A stretch of DNA of 64,000 nucleotides from an uncultured Alteromonadales bacterium (lineage in GTDB: Bacteria > Pseudomonadota > Gammaproteobacteria > Pseudomonadales > Cellvibrionaceae): positions 12,147-76,146 of the forward strand of contig CALMJT010000190.1 in assembly GCA_937864365.1 (NCBI GenBank), written 5' to 3'. The stretch's first letter is position 1; each line of letters starts with the position of its first letter. The translations under genes and the position numbers were made by a program. Below the pieces are notes generated by a model. That model ran no database searches, was not told the origin of the DNA, and saw nothing but the letters and a program-made list of their open reading frames with translations. Of this stretch, positions 20,691 through 29,210 are shown piece by piece.

Positions 20691-22907
20691 ATGAGTAAAA
20701 TTGCGGATTTATGGAGTTGGGTTGACTCACGCTTGCCGGTTCAGCGCGCGTGGGATACCCACATGGGAAAATATTACGCTCCTAAGAACTTCAACTTTTG
20801 GTATTTCTTTGGCGTTCTATCCATTTTAGTTCTGGTTAACCAATTGTTAACTGGTATTTGGTTGGTGATGAGCTTTGTTCCAAGTGCAGAACAAGCATTC
20901 GCCTCCGTTGAATACATCATGCGTGACGTTGATTATGGTTGGATCATTCGTTACATGCACTCAACAGGTGCTTCGGCGTTCTTTATCGTTGTGTACCTAC
21001 ACATGTTCCGTGGTTTGATGTACGGATCTTATAAAGCACCTCGCGAGTTAGTCTGGATTTTTGGTATGACCATTTATCTAGCGCTAATGGCAGAAGCTTT
21101 CATGGGCTACGTATTGCCATGGGGTCAAATGTCATACTGGGGTGCACAGGTAATTGTTTCGCTATTCGGTGCGATTCCTGTTGTTGGTGATGATCTTGTT
21201 CAGTGGATTCGCGGTGACTTCCTAATTTCTGGTATCACGCTAAACCGATTCTTCTCATTACACGTTATTGCCCTTCCAATTGTTATTTTAGCGTTGGTTG
21301 TGCTGCACATTTTGGCACTTCACGAAGTTGGATCTAACAACCCAGACGGCGTTGAGATTAAGAAAAATAAAGATGCTAACGGCATTCCTTTAGACGGTGT
21401 TCCATTCCATCCTTATTACTCTGTACACGATTTGGTTGGTATTACCGTATTCTTGTTTGTGTTCTGTTTTGTATTGTTCTTTATGCCTGAAATGGGTGGT
21501 TTCTTCCTAGAACACGCAAACTTCGAACAAGCAAATAACTTAAAAACTCCACCACATATCGCACCGGTTTGGTACTTTACGCCTTTCTATGCGGTACTTC
21601 GTGCAGTAACCATTGATATTGGCCCGCTTAGCTCAAAATTCTTAGGCTTGGTTGCCATGGGTGCTTCGATTGCAATCTTGTTTGTATTGCCTTGGCTGGA
21701 TAAGAGCCCTGTTAAATCAATGCGCTTTAAAGGTTGGTTGCCTCGTATTCAGTTAATGAACTTCGCTGCGATGTTCGTGGTATTGGGATACTTGGGTGTG
21801 CAAGCGCCGACCGATGGTCGTACTTTATTAGCTCAGATAGCGACTCTGTTCTACTTCATTTACTTCATTCAAATGCCAGTGTTTACCAACCCAACTAAAA
21901 ACCAGATGACTCCGGTGAATTTAGTTGTGGCTGTGATCTTAGCTGGATTGATGATTTATATGTCTCTCGGACAAATGGATGCTGATATTCCAGTTATGGT
22001 TCGAGTGTTGGGCTTTTACTTAGCGATTCTTACACTTCTTACTCCATGGTTAACTAACCGTGACGGTTACACTCCAGAGCCAACTCGTGTACAAGCAAAA
22101 GGTTTACCTGCGCACATTGTTTGGGGTGGTGTATTACTGTTTGCAATCTTAGCAATTGTTCCGATCAAATCAGTTGCTGCGACAGGTGGTGAATGTGGTC
22201 ATGTTACTTGTGATCATATGGAGCCAGATTTACACGACAAAGAATCGTTACAACGTGGTGCAAAGTGGTTTGTTAACTACTGTATGGGTTGTCACTCAGC
22301 GCAATACTCGCGCTGGGAACGTGTTGCCGATGATTTGGAAATTCCTCATGAAGATATGATGAGTAACCTTGTTTTGGGTAAAGACAAGATTGGCGATCTC
22401 ATGACAATTGCTATGCCTGCCGCAGAAGCTAAGGCTTGGTTTGGTGCAACGCCTCCAGACCTAACATTGGTTGCTCGCTCACGCAGCCCAGAGTGGTTGT
22501 ACACCTATTTACGTAACTTCTATAAAGATGAGACTCGTCCAACGGGCGTGAACAACAAGGTGTTCGAAAAGGTCGCTATGCCTCATGTTTTAATGGAGTT
22601 ACAAGGTCTAGCTGAGTGTGCACCAGGACCTGCCCTTGATGAGCATGGTCATGTTATGCGTAATGCGTTGGGTGAAGCTCTTCAAGATGAAGAATGTGGC
22701 AGTTTAAAAGTTGGGGCTGTCAAAGGTTCTATGACTACCGAAGAGTTTGATCAAGCCATGTATGACTTGGTTAACTTCATGGAATACATAGCAGAACCTT
22801 ATGCTCTTGATCGTCAACGTATCGGTGTTTACGTATTATTGTTCTTAGTTGTTTTATACATCTTCGTGACTTTATTGAATCGTGAATACTGGCGTAACAT
22901 TCATTAA
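20691..22907 (+). CDS. petBC: Fused cytochrome b / cytochrome c1 (738 aa)
   Basis: Cytochrome b with heme His motifs (RYMHSTG, YLHMFRG, SLHV, VLHI) and a PVWY Qo motif, continuous in frame with cytochrome c1 (CMGCH at 22281-22295, PPDLTLVAR, C-terminal TM anchor). Confidence 0.95.
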   Translation: MSKIADLWSWVDSRLPVQRAWDTHMGKYYAPKNFNFWYFFGVLSILVLVNQLLTGIWLVMSFVPSAEQAFASVEYIMRDVDYGWIIRYMHSTGASAFFIVVYLHMFRGLMYGSYKAPRELVWIFGMTIYLALMAEAFMGYVLPWGQMSYWGAQVIVSLFGAIPVVGDDLVQWIRGDFLISGITLNRFFSLHVIALPIVILALVVLHILALHEVGSNNPDGVEIKKNKDANGIPLDGVPFHPYYSVHDLVGITVFLFVFCFVLFFMPEMGGFFLEHANFEQANNLKTPPHIAPVWYFTPFYAVLRAVTIDIGPLSSKFLGLVAMGASIAILFVLPWLDKSPVKSMRFKGWLPRIQLMNFAAMFVVLGYLGVQAPTDGRTLLAQIATLFYFIYFIQMPVFTNPTKNQMTPVNLVVAVILAGLMIYMSLGQMDADIPVMVRVLGFYLAILTLLTPWLTNRDGYTPEPTRVQAKGLPAHIVWGGVLLFAILAIVPIKSVAATGGECGHVTCDHMEPDLHDKESLQRGAKWFVNYCMGCHSAQYSRWERVADDLEIPHEDMMSNLVLGKDKIGDLMTIAMPAAEAKAWFGATPPDLTLVARSRSPEWLYTYLRNFYKDETRPTGVNNKVFEKVAMPHVLMELQGLAECAPGPALDEHGHVMRNALGEALQDEECGSLKVGAVKGSMTTEEFDQAMYDLVNFMEYIAEPYALDRQRIGVYVLLFLVVLYIFVTLLNREYWRNIH

Positions 22908-22932
22908 TGAATGTGTTACAACGATGATTCTG

Positions 22933-22962
22933 AAGACGCGGCCTTAGGGTCGCGTTTTTTTT
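22933..22962 (+). terminator. Rho-independent terminator after petBC
   Basis: AAGACGCGGCC-TTAG-GGTCGCG followed by a T8 tract. Confidence 0.8.
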
Positions 22963-23355
22963 AGTGATTTATTTAACTGCTCACCAGAATCGCAGTGCAA
23001 TTGCAGTTTCTAGAGAATTCGATTGGCGTTAAATTTTTATATTAGCTGTGTATGGTTGATAAGCATTTAAAAGTAAAGGCACTAATGCTGATAATTTTGC
23101 CTCTCAAGGTTGAAAATTTCTTATCTATTCCCGCCGTAAGTTTTATTTTCAGGTATAATGGTCGGCTTGGCTAAGAGGTTTTGATCAGATTTAAGGTTAG
23201 CGTAGGTGTTGCGGCTTTTCAGATGCACACATTGCAGAAAAGACGTTTTTCTACAGAGAATTTCCACAACCTTTCCTGATTTTATATAAATGCATCAAAC
23301 CCTCAGTTATTCCACTTGTCGTCCCAGTTTATAGTAAATACTCGAGGTGCAATCA

Positions 23356-23988
23356 ATGGGAGTTGTTGCGAAACGCTCATCCATGACATATTTTTCCGAT
23401 GGCCGTGATCATTACAGTCATCGTGTTCGTATCGTTCTGGCAGAGAAAGGAGTGTCTGTTGATGTTATCGATACAGACCCAAATAACCTACCTGAAGAAC
23501 TTGCTGATCTGAATCCTTACGGAACCTTGCCAACGTTGGTTGATCGTGAGCTCGCGCTTTACGAAACCAAAGTGATGATGGAATATCTTGATGAGCGTTT
23601 TCCTCATCCACCACTTTTGCCTGTTTATCCGGTTGCGCGTGCCCAAAGTCGTTTGTGGATGCACCGTATTGAAAAAGATTGGTCGCCATTAGTTGATGCT
23701 ATTGTTTTAGGTAAGAGCAAAGAGTCTGTGAATAAGGCTCGTAAAGAACTAAAAGATAGCTTATTAACCGTCGCGCCAATTTTTGAAGAAATGCCATTCT
23801 TCATGAGTGAAGAGTTCAGCATCGTAGACTGTTGTCTTGCGCCAATTTTGTGGCGTTTAGATGTATTGGATATTAAATTACCAAAAACACGTCAAGCTAA
23901 ACCTTTATTCGATTATATGGATCGTCTTTTTGCTCGTGACTCCTTTAAAGAGAGTCTAACCGAAGCAGAAAAAGAAATGCGCCAATAA
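23356..23988 (+). CDS. sspA: Stringent starvation protein A (GST fold)
   Basis: [47 protein letters not shown]; ATG at 23356 after GAGG. Confidence 0.96.
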   Translation: MGVVAKRSSMTYFSDGRDHYSHRVRIVLAEKGVSVDVIDTDPNNLPEELADLNPYGTLPTLVDRELALYETKVMMEYLDERFPHPPLLPVYPVARAQSRLWMHRIEKDWSPLVDAIVLGKSKESVNKARKELKDSLLTVAPIFEEMPFFMSEEFSIVDCCLAPILWRLDVLDIKLPKTRQAKPLFDYMDRLFARDSFKESLTEAEKEMRQ

Positions 23989-24107
23989 TTGCGTTGGCAT
24001 GTGAGCATTCTCATGTCTTTTATTGGCTTGAGAGTGCTTATTGCTAAAGTTCGCAAAATAGCGGTTTAAGAGCTAGCACGTCAAAAGCATTCGCACCGGG
24101 TATAGAT

Positions 24108-24542
24108 ATGTCGATGACCTCCAACAAACCATATCTGATCAAGGCCATTTATGATTGGATAGTTGATAACAAATGTACTCCGTATATCGTTGTCGATGCT
24201 TACGCACCTGAAGTTAGTGTTCCTCAGCAATATGTAAATAAAGATGGCCAAATTACCTTAAACATTTCTCCTAACGCAGTGTTGTCCCTAAATTTAGGTA
24301 TTGAAGCCATTGTTTTTAATGCAAAATTTGGTGGTGTGCCCATGGATATCCATGTGCCGAGTTTTTCGGTATTAGGTATTTATGCGCGAGAAAATGGTCG
24401 TGGGATGATGTTTGAGCCAGAATCTCCCCCAGAGCCACCTAAACCGTCCAAACCGAAAATTCAGGTTGCACCGGCACCTAAAAACGAGAGTTCCAAATCA
24501 GGGCAAGAATCATCACGCCCGACTCTGCGTGTCATAAAATAA
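24108..24542 (+). CDS. sspB: ClpXP adaptor SspB
   Basis: KPYLIKAIYDWIVDNKCTPY, FNAKFGG and the C-terminal ClpX-binding tail RPTLRVIK. Confidence 0.96.
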   Translation: MSMTSNKPYLIKAIYDWIVDNKCTPYIVVDAYAPEVSVPQQYVNKDGQITLNISPNAVLSLNLGIEAIVFNAKFGGVPMDIHVPSFSVLGIYARENGRGMMFEPESPPEPPKPSKPKIQVAPAPKNESSKSGQESSRPTLRVIK

Positions 24543-24956
24543 AGCTATTCATGTTATTTGGGCCAGCTCACGTGTTATTAGTGAGTTGGCTACTCCTGTC
24601 GTCAAAATCATTATATTTTCCAGAAAAAACGTAATTCTTGACTAAAGTGTTAACTTGGTCTCGTTATGTGTTATTCGTTCGAATCTAAATCAGTTTAGGC
24701 AAAGATGTTGCGAACATTTGTTCGAGCGTAGCGAATTTTGTTCGGTTTTTCGAGATTACGAAGATCAGCACTTATTTCTATTCTGTCGAATAAGCTCTTC
24801 ATATTTTTATTTTTTTGTCTGAATAGTCAAAAATTAGACTTGGTCTGACTTAAAACGAAAATTTTAATGAGAAGAACTTATTGGAGGGAGAGTCATTCCT
24901 CGCTAATACTGAGTTAGTTGTAAACCATAAAATGCTTTCGACAATTGGAGGGGCTT

Positions 24957-25580
24957 ATGGCCATCTTGGAGCATACACTTGGAATAATGATTCACCCTGA
25001 CAAAGAATGGCAGGAAATTAGAAAAGAAAAACATTCCTTCTTGCAGGTCTTTATCAGTCACGTTCCTTTTTTAGCGTTAATTCCTGCCGTATCTGCGTAT
25101 ATCGGCGTTACACAAGTCGGTTGGTCGTTCGGTGCAGGCGGCGTCACTAAGCTCACACCTATGAGTGCTGCGAGCCTGTGTTTAATCACGTATTTTGCAC
25201 TCATTATTGGTGTTTACATGCTGGGTGAGTTCATCAATTGGATGTCTAAAACCTATGGTGTCCGTGATGGTGACGAACAGCGTCATTACGAAGGTACAGC
25301 ATTGGCTGTTTATGTTAGCACTCCAGTATTTTTAGCGAGTGTTGTGCATTTATATCCTGATATTTACCTAAATGCTGCGGTTGTAGGAATCGCTGGAGCT
25401 TATGCGATTTATCTAATTTACGAAGGTATTCCGATTTTAATGAATATCTCTAAAGAACGCGCATTTATGTACGCAACTTCAGTGGTCACAATAGCACTGG
25501 TTCTGGCTGTGATGGTGCGCGTGGGGTCGGTGATTTTGTGGACTGTTGCCGTGCATCCTGTTTATATAGATGGAATATAA
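24957..25580 (+). CDS. Yip1/DUF1282-family inner membrane protein
   Basis: HPDKEWQEIR N-terminus, about 5 hydrophobic helices, Y.IY.GIP.LM motif. Confidence 0.75.
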   Translation: MAILEHTLGIMIHPDKEWQEIRKEKHSFLQVFISHVPFLALIPAVSAYIGVTQVGWSFGAGGVTKLTPMSAASLCLITYFALIIGVYMLGEFINWMSKTYGVRDGDEQRHYEGTALAVYVSTPVFLASVVHLYPDIYLNAAVVGIAGAYAIYLIYEGIPILMNISKERAFMYATSVVTIALVLAVMVRVGSVILWTVAVHPVYIDGI

Positions 25581-25636
25581 TTTGGGTATCACCTCCTAAA
25601 GCACAGTTTATTTAACCTCCATTTAAGCTCTACACT

Positions 25637-25658
25637 CCGCGTAAAAGGATTTGCGCGG
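25637..25658 (+). terminator. Possible terminator hairpin after the Yip1 gene
   Basis: CCGCGTAAA-AGGA-TTTGCGCGG stem; no U-tract. Confidence 0.35.
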
Positions 25659-26184
25659 TGATCTCTTCAAGATGAAAGCCTCATTTTCAATAGTCAATAA
25701 ATCCGCTCTTTTCATTGAATTGGCTGGTTTTCAAATCTGAAATTTTATTTTCCAGCTTAATCCTCGCCAATTCTTAAGGTTTGATGAAACGAAATAAATT
25801 CTCTGCTGACAAAATAACTGATTCGATTTCGCTTCATTATTGTTATTAATGTCTAATATTAATTAAAAATAGATTGTTTATTTCTAATGTGGCTTAGAAA
25901 CTGATTCATTTGGTTGAATGTTTTATTTAAGCTTTTAACAATTAACCGACCTGAAAAACTGGCATTTAGGCGCTGATTTTTCAAGTGATTAGAGTGTAAA
26001 ACGATCTATTCAGAAGCATTCTAAATTTCTCGTTTAATAAATGATCTGTATATTGTTTAAATCAAATCTACAGTTTTGCTTTGGTATTTAATACTCAAGG
26101 CATTTCGGAATTTTTTCAGATAACCCAAAATGACACGTTTTAACTAGACAATAACAACAACAAGTTAGTTTTTCGGAGGATGAT

Positions 26185-27360
26185 ATGAGTACATCAGTGG
26201 TAATTGTTGGCTTTGCACGTACCCCAATGGGCGGCTTGCAAGGTGATTTGAGTGAAGTATCAGCAACTGAGTTAGGTTCCACTGCGATTAAAGGTGCTCT
26301 AGCCGATGCTGGTATTGAAGGCAGTGATGTTGATCAAGTTTATATGGGTTGTGTTTTACCTGCTGGGCTAGGGCAAGCTCCAGCGCGTCAAGCATCATTG
26401 GGTGCTGGAATTCCCAACTCAGTGCCAGTTTCTACCATTAACAAGCTCTGCGGCTCAGGTATGAAAACCGTACAAATGGCTTGCGATATCATCCAAGTAG
26501 GACGAGCAAAAGTCGTTGTTGCTGGTGGTATGGAGAGTATGACTCGTGCCCCGCATATGTTGACCAAAGCGCGACAAGGTTATCGATTAGGTCACGGCGA
26601 GCTTCTCGACCATATGTACACCGATGGTTTACAAGATGCTTACAGTGGTGCGTTGATGGGTGCTTACGCAGAAAACTGCGCTGGTAAGTACGAGTTTTCT
26701 CGTGAAGAGCAAGATGCTTACGCGATTGAATCTTTGGCAAGAGCAAACAAAGCAATTACCGAAGGTAAGTTCAAGCGTGAAATCGCAGCTGTTACCATTC
26801 AGACTCGCAAGGGCGAAGTTGTCGTTGATACGGATGAACAACCTAGCAAGGCTCGTCCCGAAAAAATTCCAACGTTAAAACCTGTGTTTAAGAAAGACGG
26901 CACAGTTACAGCCGCTAATGCTAGCTCAATTTCTGATGGCGCAGCCGCCTTGGTTTTAATGAGCGAAGAAGAAGCCAATCGTCGTGGTTTGAAAATTCTT
27001 GCCCGTGTCAAAGCTCAAGCTGAACATGCTCACGAGCCAGAGTGGTTTACAACTGCACCTGTTGGCGCTATTCGTAAAGTACTTGATGAAACCCAGTGGG
27101 CTGCTAGCGATGTCGATTTATACGAAGTTAACGAAGCTTTTGCAGTGGTTACCATGGCGGCAATGCGTGAGTTCGATTTAGATCATGCTAAGGTCAACGT
27201 TCATGGCGGTGCTTGTGCTCTAGGTCATCCGCTTGGTGCATCTGGTGCGCGCGTTATGGTTACTTTGCTTGGCGCTATGGAAGCCTACGACAAGAAAACC
27301 GGTATCGCAGCTCTATGTATTGGTGGCGGCGAAGGTATTGCAATTGCTCTAGAGCGCTAA
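26185..27360 (+). CDS. Acetyl-CoA C-acyltransferase (thiolase)
   Basis: NKLCGSGM (catalytic Cys), NEAFA, GHPLGASG and LCIGGGEG motifs. Confidence 0.96.
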   Translation: MSTSVVIVGFARTPMGGLQGDLSEVSATELGSTAIKGALADAGIEGSDVDQVYMGCVLPAGLGQAPARQASLGAGIPNSVPVSTINKLCGSGMKTVQMACDIIQVGRAKVVVAGGMESMTRAPHMLTKARQGYRLGHGELLDHMYTDGLQDAYSGALMGAYAENCAGKYEFSREEQDAYAIESLARANKAITEGKFKREIAAVTIQTRKGEVVVDTDEQPSKARPEKIPTLKPVFKKDGTVTAANASSISDGAAALVLMSEEEANRRGLKILARVKAQAEHAHEPEWFTTAPVGAIRKVLDETQWAASDVDLYEVNEAFAVVTMAAMREFDLDHAKVNVHGGACALGHPLGASGARVMVTLLGAMEAYDKKTGIAALCIGGGEGIAIALER

Positions 27361-27402
27361 TTCGTTATTCAACCACCATTTTTTTATGGCGGTTTTCGAG
27401 CT

Positions 27403-27438
27403 AACAAAAAAGGCAGTTTAATAACTGCCTTTTTTGTT
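27403..27438. terminator. Bidirectional intrinsic terminator between convergent thiolase and dolP
   Basis: Perfect 16-bp inverted repeat AACAAAAAAGGCAGTT-TAAT-AACTGCCTTTTTTGTT with A/T tracts on both sides. Confidence 0.9.
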
Positions 27439-27462
27439 ATTGCTACTTTATGTTAGTTCCAA

Positions 27463-28050
27463 TTATTCGACGTACTCGAAAACCCGAACAACCTTTATTA
27501 CACCGCTGATACCGGCAACGGCAGTGGTAACTTTCTCTGCTTGGGCGTGGCTTAATAATCCCATTAAAAATACCGAACCATTTTCAACTCGATATTTTAC
27601 TCTTGAGCTGTCGATGTCTTTGTCTTGGATCAGCTTGGCCTTAACTTTTGTTCCTATCCATTGATCGTTTCTATTCATCCAGAAAGTTGCATTGCTACGA
27701 ATTTCTAGCTCATTATGAACTTGGCGAATACGATTAATACTAGAAACTACTCTGGCAGCTTGGGCGCGAATAGCTTGATCAGGTACTTGTCCGGTCAGCA
27801 ATGCCACGCCGTTGTATACAGTAATCTGAATGTTGGAAGCTTTAAGTTTGTCACTGGTTTTTCTAAGGTTTACTCGAGCAATGGTTTCTAGTTGCTGATC
27901 ATCAATATAGGTTCCCAAGGTTCGTTTGGTTGGATCGGGATCGATGGGCTCTTTTGTGGTTGCATCAACAAGTGCTGTACAGCCAGTGATTAACGACAAT
28001 AAAACAAAAAACCATGTAAGTCTGAGAAGGTTTTGAAAAGCTAACGTCAT
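27463..28050 (-). CDS. dolP: Dual-BON-domain lipoprotein (DolP/YraP)
   Basis: Lipobox ITGC; RTLGTYIDD, LLTGQVP, VHNEL and D.WI.TKVKAKL motifs. Confidence 0.88.
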   Translation of the reverse strand: MTLAFQNLLRLTWFFVLLSLITGCTALVDATTKEPIDPDPTKRTLGTYIDDQQLETIARVNLRKTSDKLKASNIQITVYNGVALLTGQVPDQAIRAQAARVVSSINRIRQVHNELEIRSNATFWMNRNDQWIGTKVKAKLIQDKDIDSSRVKYRVENGSVFLMGLLSHAQAEKVTTAVAGISGVIKVVRVFEYVE

Positions 28051-28664
28051 GTTTCTAATGGTCCAAACAGTTGGTTATCAATTAGGTCACAGAGACAGAA
28101 AGTACACAGTAAGTGCACTTCGTGAATTCTTGCTCGCGAATCAACAGGCACGCGAATTTCCATATCGTTGTCATAAAGTAGCGAAGGAATGTTACCTCCA
28201 TCTCGACCGGTAAAGGCCACTACAGACATATTACGGTCATGAGCAGCAGCGACAGCTTGAATTAAGTTACTGGGATTACCGCTGGTGGTAAAAAGCACCA
28301 GAACATCGCCATCTTGACCCAGTGCAAGTACTTGCTTGGCGAATATATCGTTAAAACTTTTATCGCTGGCAAATGCGGTTATCGCCACCGGGTTAGTTGC
28401 GAGTGTGTAGGCAGCAAAACCCGGACGCTCTCGCTCGAAGCGATTCATTAAACAGGCGGAGAGCACTTGACCATTAGCCGCAGAAATTCCGTTACCAGCA
28501 ATCAGTATTTTTCTTTCGTTTAACAGCGCATCGACAACGAGATGGCTGGCATCGACTAAAGCCGGTGCGAGTATTTCTCCGGACTCCATTTTGGCTTCAA
28601 GACTGCGATGAAAGAGCGTAATAACCCTTTCTTCCAAGTCTTGATTGAGTTCTTGATCTACCAT
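28047..28664 (-). CDS. diaA: SIS-domain protein of the GmhA/DiaA family lacking GmhA catalytic residues (DiaA-like)
   Basis: GNG.SAAN, NRFERERP, TSGN and TGRDGG motifs; yraO position; metal/catalytic His, Glu, Gln and His are replaced. Confidence 0.6.
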   Translation of the reverse strand: MVDQELNQDLEERVITLFHRSLEAKMESGEILAPALVDASHLVVDALLNERKILIAGNGISAANGQVLSACLMNRFERERPGFAAYTLATNPVAITAFASDKSFNDIFAKQVLALGQDGDVLVLFTTSGNPSNLIQAVAAAHDRNMSVVAFTGRDGGNIPSLLYDNDMEIRVPVDSRARIHEVHLLCTFCLCDLIDNQLFGPLET

Positions 28665-28759
28665 AAAACGAAAAAAAATCCTGTAATCTCTAAGGTGTAT
28701 TGCTGGCGATTAGTTACATATAACTACTTTTTTTAAAAAGCAGTCGTGATGTTTCATTT

Positions 28760-29191
28760 TTATTCCAGTAAAAAGGCGTTTTTAATCCAATTTACTTCAA
28801 TTTTTGCCGCTGTTTTTTGCAGCGCGATAACATCAAATCGACAGTCGTAATTTTTGTATTTTGGGTGTTCAATTAAAAAATATTGGGCAGCTCTTATAAT
28901 TTTCTTTTGTTTGCTGAGTGATACCATCTCTTGAGCATATCCGTAGTCACTACGGCTGCGAAATTTCACCTCAACAAAGAGCAAACAATTAGATTTTTCT
29001 AAAATTAAATCGATTTCTCCGCCACGACACGCGTAATTTCGCGCCAGGTATTTTAATCCATTTTGGACTAAATAGGCTTCTGCAAATTGTTCGGCGCTTT
29101 TACCATCGGTTACATTAATTGCATCAGGATCGACTGCATTCGCCTTTTTCTTGGTGTTTTGATTTTTTCGTGTAAAAAAATCAAAATTCAT
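28760..29191 (-). CDS. yraN: YraN (UPF0102) PD-(D/E)xK nuclease-like protein
   Basis: RNY.CRGGEIDLI...FVEVKFR...RFDVI. Confidence 0.92.
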   Translation of the reverse strand: MNFDFFTRKNQNTKKKANAVDPDAINVTDGKSAEQFAEAYLVQNGLKYLARNYACRGGEIDLILEKSNCLLFVEVKFRSRSDYGYAQEMVSLSKQKKIIRAAQYFLIEHPKYKNYDCRFDVIALQKTAAKIEVNWIKNAFLLE

Positions 29192-29210
29192 CAAACTCTC
29201 CAAAGATTGA

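Noticed and set aside
21560-21580. PVWY instead of PEWY in cytochrome b
   Set aside because: A known normal variant in beta- and gammaproteobacteria
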